28,704 bases of DNA from Octopus sinensis (Eukaryota), in assembly GCF_006345805.1 (NCBI RefSeq), contig NW_021827501.1, positions 1-28,704 on the forward strand, in the 5' to 3' direction. A program made the position numbers and the translations under genes. The notes under the pieces are model-generated. The model saw only the letters and a program-made list of their open reading frames with translations, did not search any database and was not told where the DNA came from. Every line of letters starts with the position of its first letter. Position 1 is the first letter of the stretch. Positions 1-12,500 of the stretch are shown here, one piece after another.

Positions 1-11
1 ATATATATATA

Positions 12-53
<42 letters not shown>

Positions 54-202
54 TATATATTATATATAGGAAAATATAATAGTTATAGATAATGTCGCTT
101 TCTTGCAGATCTAACAATTTTGTATTATGGAAACATATAATATCAAATAATGTACGATATTGACGCTAAAACCCCACAAAAATATTTAGAGTTATTCTAA
201 GC

Positions 203-242
<40 letters not shown>

Positions 243-270
243 TATATATATATAAGTGATATATATATCT
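1..270. repeat. (TA)n microsatellite tracts (1-68, ~205-270) with AT-rich spacer
   Basis: Direct TA dinucleotide runs. Confidence 0.95.
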
Positions 271-424
271 TATAGTGATAAATACGTATTTAAACTATGC
301 GCTAATAAATATCGTATGTTTTGCGACTGTCATCAAAAACAGATGCATCAATGAAGGCACATTTGTCTTATTGATTTTACCATATGCTGAGAAATGGCGT
401 TGTGAAGTTTATCACTCTTCTGTG

Positions 425-557
425 CGTAAGCAAGAAGGTGTGGTCAAGAATTTCGGTTAATTATTCACATGTTTCTGGATTCCTCCTCACTGCTGAGAAA
501 TCGTCTACTAATCCACCCACAGATTGAGCAATGTCCAATGAGGCAGATTTGTGTAGA
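425..557 (+). mobile_element. Highly decayed 5' part of a SINE-B copy
   Basis: GGTGTGGTCAAGAATTT...CACATGTTTCTGGATTC...CACTGC...GATTTGTGTAGA aligns by eye with the head of the SINE-B copy at 4927-5346 (reverse complement). Confidence 0.45.
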
Positions 558-598
558 TTTCCTTATTATTTCAAATAAATCAAGTTTACACGTACTGA

Positions 599-987
599 GT
601 ACCTATTTGTCTCGCGTAGTTAGCTTGCCTATGGCAAATTGGTCCTAAAGTACCTCGTTGGCTGGCTTGTGCTAATTTGAATTGTCTATGGCTATATGGC
701 TCACCTTTAATTTGTTGACCTCTCTGCATAAATTTGGTTCTTCGTGATTTTCTGGCTCGCCTGTGTAAAGTGGTTTGCTTGTGCATATTTCTTTCCTCTA
801 TAGAAGTTGCCTCATCTGTGTCAAACCGTCTCATCAGTGCATAGTTCGTCTACCCGTGAGAAATTATATCGTTTGTGCCTTGTCGTACCTGTACCAAGCT
901 GGTTCACTGTGCCAATTCGGCTCATTGCGTCAGTTCGGTTCCCTGTGCCCAATTGGATCGCACCTACCGAGTTGACTAACATGTGCC
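599..987. repeat. Degenerate 18-19 bp minisatellite, roughly 20 units, consensus ~GTGCCAAATTGGCTCACCT
   Basis: Adjacent units GTACCAAGCTGGTTCACT (891), GTGCCAATTCGGCTCATT (909), GCGTCAGTTCGGTTCCCT (927), GTGCCCAATTGGATCGCA (945); GTG-started units recur at 18-19 bp spacing (669, 744, 763, 781, 818, 837, 856). Confidence 0.7.
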
Positions 988-1163
988 TGCACTCTTCAGA
1001 GTTGATACACGTTCTGCTTGACGGATGTTTGTATTTTTTGTTGAAGATTTAGGGCCAGATCTGCTATGAAAGAAGTGATCTATAACGTGAATTATATATC
1101 CGAGCGTGTTCCTTTCAAATATAAAGACGACACGTAATTTGCGGGATATTTGGGGTGTTATTT

Positions 1164-1850
1164 CCAGAAGAAGATTTGATTTGATTTTTCTCAAACGAGA
1201 AAAACTTCGACCAAGATCAAAAAGTTAACAGACGAAATGACAGATGGTTATGTGCAGACCATTCTAAAGTTGCAAGTGTTATGCATACAAAATTTCCTGC
1301 AACTGTCATGGTTTTAGGGGTTGTCAGCAATGAATAACATGTGATGCCTCCTTATTTCTTTCCACAGAGCCTTAGCGTTAACTCTGCCGCTTTTATTGAG
1401 GCCCTGGAAAAAAACTGCTCAGCCCTGGATAGACGGTGTATGCAATGGAAGGCCATAGGGCTCTAGCACATGGCTCTAGTAACACAGGAATGGATGGCTA
1501 AAAATGTATATGATCTCATAACCCCTAACTTTTGGCCTCCGAATTCCCCAGATCTCAATCGATTGGACAATTAAATGTGGAGCGTTCTTGAGAGAGAGGT
1601 TAATAAACACACCTATAACACCAAAGATCCTTTAAAAGCTGCCATAATCAGAGTAATGTCCAAAATGAACCAGGATCACTTGATTCGAGCATGTAGATGA
1701 CTTAGATATCATATGGAAACAGCTGCATTGAATAACATCATACAAAAGGTTTCTTTTTATTCCCAAAGCATTTTTTGATAAATAAAGTTATTATTTGCTA
1801 TTATATATCTGTTTTTTTATAAATATAAATCAAATATCCTACGTACCCTG
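1164..1850 (+). mobile_element. Tc1/mariner-superfamily (maT/DD37D-like) transposon relic: 3' half of transposase pseudogene plus probable right end
   Basis: Translation with stops/frameshifts: FFSNEKNFDQDQKVNRRNDRWL...HTKFPATVMVLGVVSNE*HVMPPYFF...WPPNSPDLNRLD. The WPP.SPDLN.LD motif (D rather than E) is typical of maT/DD37D transposases. The second catalytic D region is deleted. The element ends ...ACCCTG followed by TA. Confidence 0.85.
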
Positions 1851-1852
1851 TA

Positions 1853-1884
1853 TACATATATTGTCATACATTTATGTATGTATG

Positions 1885-1927
<43 letters not shown>

Positions 1928-1957
1928 GCTGTAAGTATGTTTGTATACATACATACA

Positions 1958-1989
<32 letters not shown>
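1853..1989. repeat. Compound (TA)n/(TATG)n/(TACA)n microsatellite
   Basis: Direct repeats. Confidence 0.95.
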
Positions 1990-2109
1990 AAATCTGGTCT
2001 TGCTGGCCAAGAAAACATCATCCACCATTGTGTCTCTATGCAAATAGCAGTTATTCTTGGTTCGTTCCCCTTCAAAAATACTGCTTCTTATTGCTGTTGG
2101 TGTTATTGC

Positions 2110-3515
2110 TAAAATTACAATGTTCCTAGAAGAAAATGTCCTACTGAACAATATACAGCATGGCTTCCTTCCAGGAAGAAGCTCCCTCATACGGCTACTC
2201 CGTATGACTGGGTTTTGAGACGGCTGCTTGACCATTCGGATGTCAGCGTGATATATCTTGAGTTTGCAAAGGCATTTGATAAATAAGATCACAGCATGAA
2301 ATGTCATCAGCTATGAGAGCTTGTGGCATTGCTGGCAAACTGGGAGACTGGCTGCATGACTTCCTTAAAGACAGAAGTTAGGTAGTTATAGCCAATTGTG
2401 CCCTTTCTGAGGATACCCAAATCCTAAGTAGCGTCCGCCAGGGGACCGTTCTGGGGCCATTACTGTTCATAATAGCCCACTTAGACATGTCGATCGGACA
2501 GCCACTGTTACTAGCCATGACGATAATACAAAATTATTACAAGCAATAAAAAATCAAGATGACGTCGCAAGCTTACAGCGGGACCTGAATTTGATATACA
2601 AGTAAGCCGAAATAAACAACATGCAGTTTAACGCTGGGAAATTTCAAGCATTGCACTATTAACTCACGAATGCAGTACAGCCAGCATATTCAAGACTCGA
2701 AGACATTACAATCCCAGAGTCATAAGCATTAAGACATTTGGTGATCAATATGTGCAATGGTTCATCATTCTATATATGCACATTACCAAGATAGCAACAA
2801 AGTGCAGACAACTGGCAAGATGAATACTGAAGTCCTTCAAGATAAGAGACCAAGAAGTTGACCCTGTGAAGACACTTTCTTCTCATCCGCCTGGACTACT
2901 GCTACCAAGTATGGCCCCACATTATGCCAAACTAACAGTGGAGCTTGAAGCAGTCCAACGTCACTAAATTAAAAAAGAAAACGGAAATAGTGCAGCGGGT
3001 GAGTTAAAGGGATAGGCTGAGAAAACTGCAACTTTAGTCCCTGAAGCGAAGGCGCGACAGATACGCAATAATTTATATATGGAAAACTCTAGAGGGGCTG
3101 GTACCTAACGTCGGCATTGAGTGTTATACAAACGCCAGAACTGGCCGCCATTGTATTATACCAAAGGTACCATCCGCTCCATCAAAATTGAAGACCAGGT
3201 ACTGCAATAGCCTAGAGTTCAAAGGTCCACAGATTTTCAATGCCCTACTATAAATAGAAACTGCATAAGGTTGAAGAAGATGTCTTCAAAATGGAACTAG
3301 ACATCCTCCTCTCCACAATACCGGATGAACCAACTGCTCGACATGAGGTGCAAACGAAAGCGGCGGAATCGAACTCCTTTATACGCCAAATGGGTGAACA
3401 GCTGCGACAAAGGCACATACAGGAATGGTGATGTGAAATACTCCAGACTGAGGAAATCAAAAAGACCACGGTTGTGCTCCAGCATGGCCGCAGCATGGCC
3501 GAGTAAAAGAGTAAA
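2110..3515 (+). mobile_element. 5'-truncated CR1-group LINE: reverse transcriptase pseudogene and 3' end
   Basis: Broken translation QHGFLPGRSSL...VIYLEFAKAFDK*DH...GIAGKLGDWLHDFLKDR...SSVRQGTVLGPLLF...HDDNTKL (degenerate YADDTK)...LQRDLN...NNMQFNAGKF; ends in GTGCTCCAGCATGGCCGCAG...AGTAAAAGAGTAAA. Confidence 0.9.
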
Positions 3516-4167
3516 CATATATATATATATAATATAATATATATATATAATATATATATATATATATAATGCAGACATATACACACACATATACTCTACT
3601 CACACCACACATCCACGTGAACAAACTTATAGCATTACACAAATGAATGTGAAACTTATAAACCAACTTTCGTAAAACACATAGCCTGCTCTTTAAAATG
3701 AAATTTCCCTCAACTGAGGATTGAAACGCGAATGAGGATTTACGTTAATAGAAACTTTCTTGTTACACCGCAATCCTTTGTGTTTATATTGCTTTTTTCT
3801 GTTTTTTTCCTTCTTTTGTTTATCTTTCAGTTTTTGTTTTTTTATCATTTTCGAAATATCATGAGAATAATTATCTCCAATCTGTAACCCATTTATATTT
3901 CATGGCTATGCACACGTCTGAAATGTCAGATCGACTAGATATAATTCATCTTTAAATCATTTACATTGTACACATACATAATCGATAAGGGAGTATAGAC
4001 GCTAATGGCCCCGTTGTCTTTAGGACAGTTTATTGATTTTCTGGTTATGCAACTAATGTCCTTATAATTTGAGAAAAATGTATGAAAATCACAACCTCTC
4101 ATTTCGCCTCAAGTCAGAAATGTAACAATCTTTGTTATAAATTTTGTTGAAGTTTACCACATAAAAT

Positions 4168-4467
4168 TGACACTCCGTTGGTTGGTTACAACGACGGGGG
4201 TTCTTGTTGATCCTGTCAACGCAACAGTCTGCTCAACAGATTAGCGTGCAAGTCGATGAGCACTTGAGAGACACGCGTACCCTTAACGTAGCTCTCTTGG
4301 AGTTTCGGCGTGACACAAAATGTCAAGAGTGACTCTTTGAAACGGGTGTGTTATTCATTTTTGTCAACTGAGCACCGTGAAATAAAGTGTTTTGCTTGAG
4401 GACACAGCGCGCCGCCGGGAATTGAACCAAGTGCTGAATACCCAAACCACTCAGCCGCGTGCCTTCA
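4168..4467 (-). mobile_element. tRNA-derived SINE, family C
   Basis: Reverse complement begins TGAAGGCACGCGGCTGAGTGG (A-box-like), then GGTTCAATTCC (B-box-like) and GTGTCCTCAAGCAAAACACT; related copies at 23545-23696 and 24494-24618. Confidence 0.75.
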
Positions 4468-4617
4468 TGACACTAGATGATTAAAAATCATTGCATCCGA
4501 GACCACCTGGTTTTCTTTTTATCAATCACCGACATAATCAATCGATACTCGACAGACCACCTTATAAATTTTTTAAAATTATCTCTCCAGTCTTTCAACA
4601 ATCTACAGCAATTGCAA

Positions 4618-4828
4618 GGTGGCGAGCTGGCAGAAACGTTAGCACGGCGGGTGAAATGCTTAGAAATATTTCGTCTGTCTTTAAGTTCTGAGTTCAAATT
4701 CCGCCGAGGTCGACTTTGCCTTTCATCTTTAGGGGTCGATTAAATAAGTACCAGTTACACACTGGGGTCGATCTAATCGACTGGCCCCTTCCCCAAAGAT
4801 TTCGGACCTTGTGCCTAGAGTAGAAAAA
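4618..4828 (+). mobile_element. tRNA-derived SINE, family A, tail type 1
   Basis: GGTGGCGAGCTGGCAGAAACG...GAGTTCAAATTCCGCCGAGGTCGACTTTGCC, tail CCTTGTGCCTAGAGTAGAAAA; many related copies in the window. Confidence 0.9.
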
Positions 4829-4926
4829 ATCTGCTGCAATTACCATGAGGTTTCAGTTGGTATGTATGTATGTACATACGTATGTATGTACATACGTATG
4901 TATGTGCGTATGTATGTTTTTATGTA

Positions 4927-5141
4927 TTCTTTTCTTTTATTCTTTTACTTGTTTCAGTCATTTGACTGCGGCCATGCTGGAGCACCGCCTTTAGTCGAGC
5001 AAATCGACCCCGGGACTTATTCTTTGTAAGCCCAGTACTTATTCTATCGGTCGCTTTTTGCCGAACCGCTAAGTGACGGGGATGTAAACACACCAGCATC
5101 GGTTGTCAAGCAATGCTAGGGGGACAAACACAGACACACAA

Positions 5142-5179
<38 letters not shown>

Positions 5180-5346
5180 ATATATACGACAGGCTTCTTT
5201 CAGTTTCCGTCTACCAAATCCACTCACAAGGCATTGGTCGGCCCGGGGCTATAGCAGAAGACACTTGCCCAAGATGCCACGGACTGAACCCGGAACCATG
5301 TGGTTGGTTAGCAAGCTACTTACCACACAGCCACTCCTGCGCCTAT
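4927..5346 (-). mobile_element. tRNA-derived SINE, family B, near full length, with internal (TA)/(CA) tract and CR1-like tail
   Basis: Reverse complement head GGCGCAGGAGTGGCTGTGTGG (A-box-like)...GGTTCAGTCC (B-box-like)...CTTGGGCAAGTGTCTT; 3' end GGTGCTCCAGCATGGCCGCAGTC...AGTAAAAGAATAAAAGAA. Confidence 0.9.
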
Positions 5347-5351
5347 ATATT

Positions 5352-5757
5352 CTATTATTCTTTTTTCTTTTTGTTTCAGTCATTTAACTGCGGTTATGCT
5401 GGAGTACTTCCTTGAAGGGATTTTAGTCGAACAAATCGACCCTTGGGATTACTTTTTAAAGGCCAGTACTTATTTTGTTGGTCTATTTTGCCGAACCGCT
5501 AGGTTATGAGGACGTAAACACACCAACACTAGTTGTCAAGTGGTGATGGGGGGTGGGCAAACGCATACACACACATATATATGTGTGTATGTGTATATAT
5601 ATATATATGTACATATACATTCATATACATACAACAGGCTTCTTTCAGTTTCCGTCTACCAAATCCACGAAGCTTTGGTCGGTCCATGCTATAGTAGAAG
5701 ACACTCACCCAAAGTGCTATGTGATCGGGAACAAGCTTCTTGCCACACAGCCACGCT
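5352..5757 (-). mobile_element. Second, more diverged SINE-B copy directly adjacent to the first
   Basis: Colinear with 4927-5346 (TTGTTTCAGTCATT, GCCGAACCGCTA, ACAGGCTTCTTTCAGTTTCCGTCTACCAAATCCAC). Confidence 0.9.
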
Positions 5758-5789
5758 TTCGACTATGCTTGTGTGTATGTATTTATGTA

Positions 5790-6652
5790 GCATCGCAGAT
5801 GTGCGTGCAGCTGTGAGGGAAAATCGTCGAATTACCATCCGTGAGTTATCGGAGGATGAGCAGATTTGTTACAGTTCAGTCTATTATCACTGAAGATTTG
5901 GGTATAAGAGCGTATCAGCCTATTGCGTGTCAAAATGCTTTCAGCTGACCAAAACGACACCCGGATTTCAGTTGCACAAGATCTCCTTGATTGTGTTGCG
6001 AACTATAAAAACTTTTTGAAAACGGTCATAACGGGTGATGAATCGTGGGTTTATGGTTATGACCCCAACACAAAGGCTCAGTCTTCGCCGTGGAAGACCC
6101 CAATCTCTCCGAGACAGTAGAAATCACGAATGAATCGAAGCAATGTGAAGCCACTGTTTTCTTCGACCACAAGGGGATTGTTCATCATGAGTATGCTCCA
6201 CCTGGTCAGACAGTAAACAAGGATTACTACTGTGACGTTTGAGGCGTTTGTGGGATGCTATTCGTCGGAAAAGTCCACAATTACATACATCCGGTGAGTG
6301 GCAGTTGCACAATAACAACGTATCTGCTCATTCAGCGCAGCTTGTGCGGCAGATTTTGGCTAGGGAAAACATTCCCCAGGTTCCAACAGCCACCATAGTC
6401 CCCAAATCTCGCCCCTTGCGATTTTTTCCTCTTTCCAAAAATCAAATCCCGCTTGAAGGAAAGAATGCAACGAGGCAGCCGCTGATAATCCCAGGAAACG
6501 TGTTCCATGAATGCTTCCATCAATGGACACAAAACCGGATTAAGTGTGTGGCTTCCGAAAGGGACTGCTTTGGATGAGATTAAATCCCAAATTGGAAGTG
6601 TTGTAATTGTGCCTTTATAGCACCAGTCCTGATACTTATTGATCAGACCTCG
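5790..6652 (+). mobile_element. mariner (DD34D-type) transposon relic: transposase pseudogene plus probable right TIR
   Basis: VRENRRITIRELSE (HTH region), KTVITGDESWVYGYDP.TK.QS..W, LHNNNVSAH (degenerate LHHDNAPAH), QPP*SPNLAPCDFFLFPKIK (YSPDLAPCDF motif); ends GATCAGACCTCG followed by TA. Confidence 0.92.
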
Positions 6653-7374
6653 TACAAGTCTTCTCACCTAACACTGTTCTGTCGTAGTTACATAACGCTT
6701 AGTGCAGTTGACATATGACACATAACATCACGGAACATGATATGGTCAAATAGCTCATGGGCTTGCCCACATCGTATCGTAATACATAATCAGTTCTTCA
6801 CATCAATAAGATCCGATAACCATTAACTAAAGAATGAAAGAGAGAGATATCTAAGTTTTAATGCTCCGTCCCTGTCCTAGAACATTAGCAACATAAATGA
6901 AATGAAATAGCTTTGAGTGAAAAATTTAATCATCTTGCAATCTTTATTCTCTGACAACTTACAAATTCAACGAATCATTTTAACTATGCATTCAAGCAAT
7001 CTATTTTAAAGAAAAGTAATTAAATAGCATGACATTCACACCTTTCTGCTCAGGCACTATCGACATAAGTGAAGTGAAATTCGTTCAGCTACTGACTGAA
7101 ACTGCACTGTACTTCCCCTAACTTGCAGAAAACTTCTCTACAGCGCTCTGCTGCTGCAGCTATCTGAAAGCGCCAACAGCTAACCTTAATGTATCTATAT
7201 TAAGATGAACAGATGTGCGTGAATGTCCATTGAATATAAATTCTTTCTCCCCTAAAACGTCTATAATTACGCCATGTTTGTAGCAGAGAATCATTCATCG
7301 CACTTGTGCAGTGGTTTATTATAGCATTGAAATTAAACGGAATGCCTCACACTATCTTGAGTGTGTGTATGTAC

Positions 7375-7419
<45 letters not shown>

Positions 7420-7462
7420 TGTATGTATTTTATGTATGTATATATGTATAATATTATATATG

Positions 7463-7501
<39 letters not shown>

Positions 7502-7517
7502 GGAGAGAGAGAGAGAG

Positions 7518-7558
<41 letters not shown>

Positions 7559-7679
7559 CGTACATACATACATACATAAATACATACAAACATAGGCCAA
7601 TGATAATATTTATCTACACATATATATTATATGTACATATATGTATATGTCTGTATGTGTATGTATCTATATACATGTG

Positions 7680-7735
<56 letters not shown>

Positions 7736-7894
7736 CATGTATATTTATGTATATATATATATATATATGTATGTGCATATATGTATGTGTGTGTTTCATG
7801 TATGTGTCTGTATGTGTATGTGCGTGATTGCATGTGTGATGTGTGTTCGTGTGTGCATGTGTGCGTGCGCATGTGCATTTGTGTAAGCATGTTC

Positions 7895-9176
<1,282 letters not shown>

Positions 9177-9458
9177 ATACAATATATATATATGTGTGTG
9201 TATATATATATATATGTAGATATATATATATATATGTTGTTATAGCACTATAAAATAGGAATAAACATATTAGCTCTCTTTCTGGAAAGAGCATGGAAAT
9301 GTATTTTCAAACTGCAAGGAAGATAAACAACATGCAGCAGAGATTTGTTTATATTTTGTTGTTGCATCCATTATCATTATTATCCTAATCGTCATCACCA
9401 TCATCTCCATCGTTCTTTTTGCGTTTTCCAAATTCAAAGCAGCCTATAGAATTGTTTA

Positions 9459-9788
<330 letters not shown>

Positions 9789-10279
9789 TTAATAGCAACA
9801 GCATCTAAATGTCATCTAGACACTCAGTCATCTTTTGTTATCAATTTTTACATTGAATTGTAGTAGATGACTATTAACACACACACACACACACACACAA
9901 AAGAAAAAAAGAAAATCGTAGCGTGTATGTTTTGAAAACATCTGATAAAGGTATCTCAAACAGACACAATCTGTTAACAATACTCGTATTACCAATAGAT
10001 GCTGACTTGATACATATATCTTGGGAATATCAATAATACACTGATAGAGATCGACTAGAACGGTGAAAATGGCGTTCACATTGAATAACATACACATACT
10101 CACGCACGCACGTGTGTGTATATATATATATATGTAAGGCACTTATAAATGTTACTATCTATAGTTTCAGTATTTGCGTATTACATGTGTAAAATATATT
10201 GCTTTGTGTTGGCCACGTAAAACTGAGTAGCAATATGCCGTGCTTTTTCATTCAACATTATTATTAAGGTGTTTACATA

Positions 10280-10495
10280 GGCGGCTAGCTGGTAAAATCG
10301 CTAGCACGCCGGGCGAAATGCTTCGCGGTGTTTCACCTGTCGCTACATTCTGAGTTCAAATTCCGCCGTAGTCGATTTCGTCTGTCATCCTTTCGGGGTT
10401 ATTTAAATAAGTACCAGTTACGCACTTGGGGCGATGTAACCGACTTAATCCCCCTCCCCCAAACTTCCCTCTGGCAACAATTTGAAATCATTATT
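10280..10495 (+). mobile_element. SINE-A copy
   Basis: GGCGGCTAGCTGG...CTGAGTTCAAATTCCGCCG...AAATAAGTACCAGTTACGCAC. Confidence 0.85.
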
Positions 10496-10511
10496 AACAT
10501 CTTTGCTGTTG

Positions 10512-10888
10512 TTATATTTTTTAATGTTTGACTTTTGATTTACATTTGTACAAGTTGGCTCCAAGTCTCACCCAGAGACCTCAAGAGACAACAAGTTGGA
10601 AGTTCATGTTGGTGTTATGCCTAGCGTGCCATATATTTGGTTTTGTACATAGTGTTGTTCTAGACAATGTTTAATTATAAGAAAATTTGTTTTAAAAACT
10701 TGAGATTACATAGAATGTATTTTGTGTTGATATGGGCAGTTCCGATGAATAGTGTCTTTTGAATTTCTGCCATTTTGGGGTTCTCTAGTATGTGAGCCAG
10801 GTAGCAATCAGCCCCTTTTGCTATCATTCCCAGGGCACCTATGACAACAGGTATTGTTTTAGTCTTCAGGTTCCACATTATGCTAATT
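10512..10888 (-). mobile_element. R4/Dong-like non-LTR retrotransposon, short 3' fragment (C-terminus and 3' UTR) abutting (TAA)n
   Basis: MWNLKTKTIPVVIGALGMI...IQK...GTAHI is homologous to the C-terminus at 18586-19017; its 5' junction runs directly into the (ATT)n tract. Confidence 0.8.
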
Positions 10889-10898
10889 ATCATTATTA

Positions 10899-10958
<60 letters not shown>

Positions 10959-10987
10959 TATTATTATAATTATTATTATAATTATTA

Positions 10988-11037
<50 letters not shown>
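10886..11037. repeat. (ATT)n microsatellite
   Basis: Direct repeats. Confidence 0.95.
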
Positions 11038-11042
11038 GCTAA

Positions 11043-11263
11043 GGGGACGAGCTGGTAGAGTCGTTAGCACGCCGGGTAAAATGCTTAGCGGCATTAATAT
11101 GCTTTTACGCTCGACTTAATATGCCTTTACGCCGAGGTCGACTTTGCCGTTCATTCTTTCGGAGTGAATAAAATAAGTAGCAGTTGAACACTGGAGTCCA
11201 TGTAATCGACTTATCCCCACTCCGAAATTGCTGCTCTCGTGCCAAAACTTTGAGCAATTATTA
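11043..11263 (+). mobile_element. SINE-A copy with internal rearrangement
   Basis: GACGAGCTGGTAGAGTCGTTAGCACGCCGGG...GCCGAGGTCGACTTTGCC; short internal duplication of TTAATATGC(T/C)TTTACGC. Confidence 0.8.
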
Positions 11264-11429
11264 TTTATTTTCTGGTTCTTGCTTCTTGCGTTTAGTGTTC
11301 ATAACCCATAAGGTTAACTTTGCCATTCGTGTATCCGGGGTAGGCAAAAGAAAATACCAACGAAGTACAGGGAATCGATTTTATCTTCTAATTCTAATTC
11401 ACTTCCTCTCACTATTGTTCGTTTTGTAA

Positions 11430-11810
11430 GGCGGAGAGCTGGCAGAAACTTTAGCACACCGGACGAAATGCTTAGCGGTATTCCGTCTGCCGTTACGTTC
11501 TGAGTTCAAATTCCGCCGAGGTCGACTTTGCCTTTCATCCTTTCGGGGTCGATTAAATAAGTACCAGTTACGCACTGGGGTCGATATAATCGACTTAATC
11601 CCTTTATCTGTCCTTGTTTGTCCTCTTTGTGTTTAGCCCCTTCTGGGTAGTAAAGAAATAGGTATTCCGTCTGTCTTTACGTCCTGAGTTCAAATTCCAC
11701 CGAGGTCAACTTTACCTTTCATCCTTTCGGGGTTCGATAAATTAAGTACCATTTCCGTATTTGGAGTCCATCTAATATCGTACCTTGTGCCTGGAGTAGA
11801 AAAGAATATT
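11430..11810 (+). mobile_element. Host SINE-A copy (tail type 1) interrupted by a nested insertion
   Basis: Head 11430-11489, resumes at 11661-11810 with TCTTTACGTCCTGAG... and tail GTGCCTGGAGTAGAAAAG; GGTATTCCGTCTG is duplicated at 11477 and 11661. Confidence 0.8.
11490..11660 (+). mobile_element. Nested 5'-truncated SINE-A, tail type 2, with 13-bp TSD
   Basis: CCGTTACGTTCTGAG...GTGTTTAGCCCCTTCTGGGTAGTAAAGAAATA flanked by the GGTATTCCGTCTG direct repeat. Confidence 0.75.
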
Positions 11811-11855
11811 TTTGGTTTTGTGCCTAAATCGGAAATCATTATTTCTCGAGCGTCA

Positions 11856-12072
11856 GACGGCGAACTCGCAAAATCGTCAACACCCCGATAAAATGCTTAG
11901 CAGCATTTCGTCTGTCTTTATGTTCTGAGTTCAAATGATGCTGAGGTTGACTTTACATTTTATCCTGTTTGGATTGATGAAACAAGTACCGGTGGAACAT
12001 TGGGGTCAAAATAACTGAAAAGCTTCCCTAGTCATAATTTCAGGTCTTATGCCTATAACGTAAGGTATTATT
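11856..12072 (+). mobile_element. Diverged SINE-A copy
   Basis: AAAATGCTTAGCAGCATTTCGTCTGTCTTTATGTTCTGAGTTCAAAT...TTCAGGTCTTATGCCTATA. Confidence 0.8.
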
Positions 12073-12289
12073 TATCCAGTGTTTTCTGGGCGATAGCTAG
12101 ACACAGGCATATAGTCGGGCCGATGAGTGAAAAGGAGGTTTCACTTTTAAATGGAAACCAAACACTTCATTATAAACGACATTGATAAACTGTTAAAAAT
12201 TAAGTGTTACATGTTTCCAACAATGGCACAAGGCCAGAATTGAACCAACTTCATTGCTTATTTTACCATCCATCACTCCATTGGCAATT

Positions 12290-12500
12290 TCTACCTTTGG
12301 CACAAATTCACAAGTTTTCAGTCAGGAATGTGGTACGCATGACTAAGTCCGCTACAGTTCTTGGCTGATCTCTCTTTGATCGATACCGATCAATTGAAAT
12401 ACAAATTTGACCATTCTTGAGTTTGAATTCTGATTCTAACGGGGCGTAACTCAATACGGTAAGGTATTTGGGTGTAAAGTGTATCCATTCAGTGATCCAC
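12290..12500 (-). mobile_element. Old, decayed SINE-A copy (another fragment at ~13057-13185)
   Basis: Patchy reverse-complement similarity (TTTGGCACAA, GAGTTTGAATTCTGA; CTCGTCGGAATTTGGAACTC at ~13166). Confidence 0.45.

Noticed and set aside
599-987. CRISPR-like array
   Set aside because: Units are contiguous and degenerate with no unique spacers; eukaryotic context and no cas genes.
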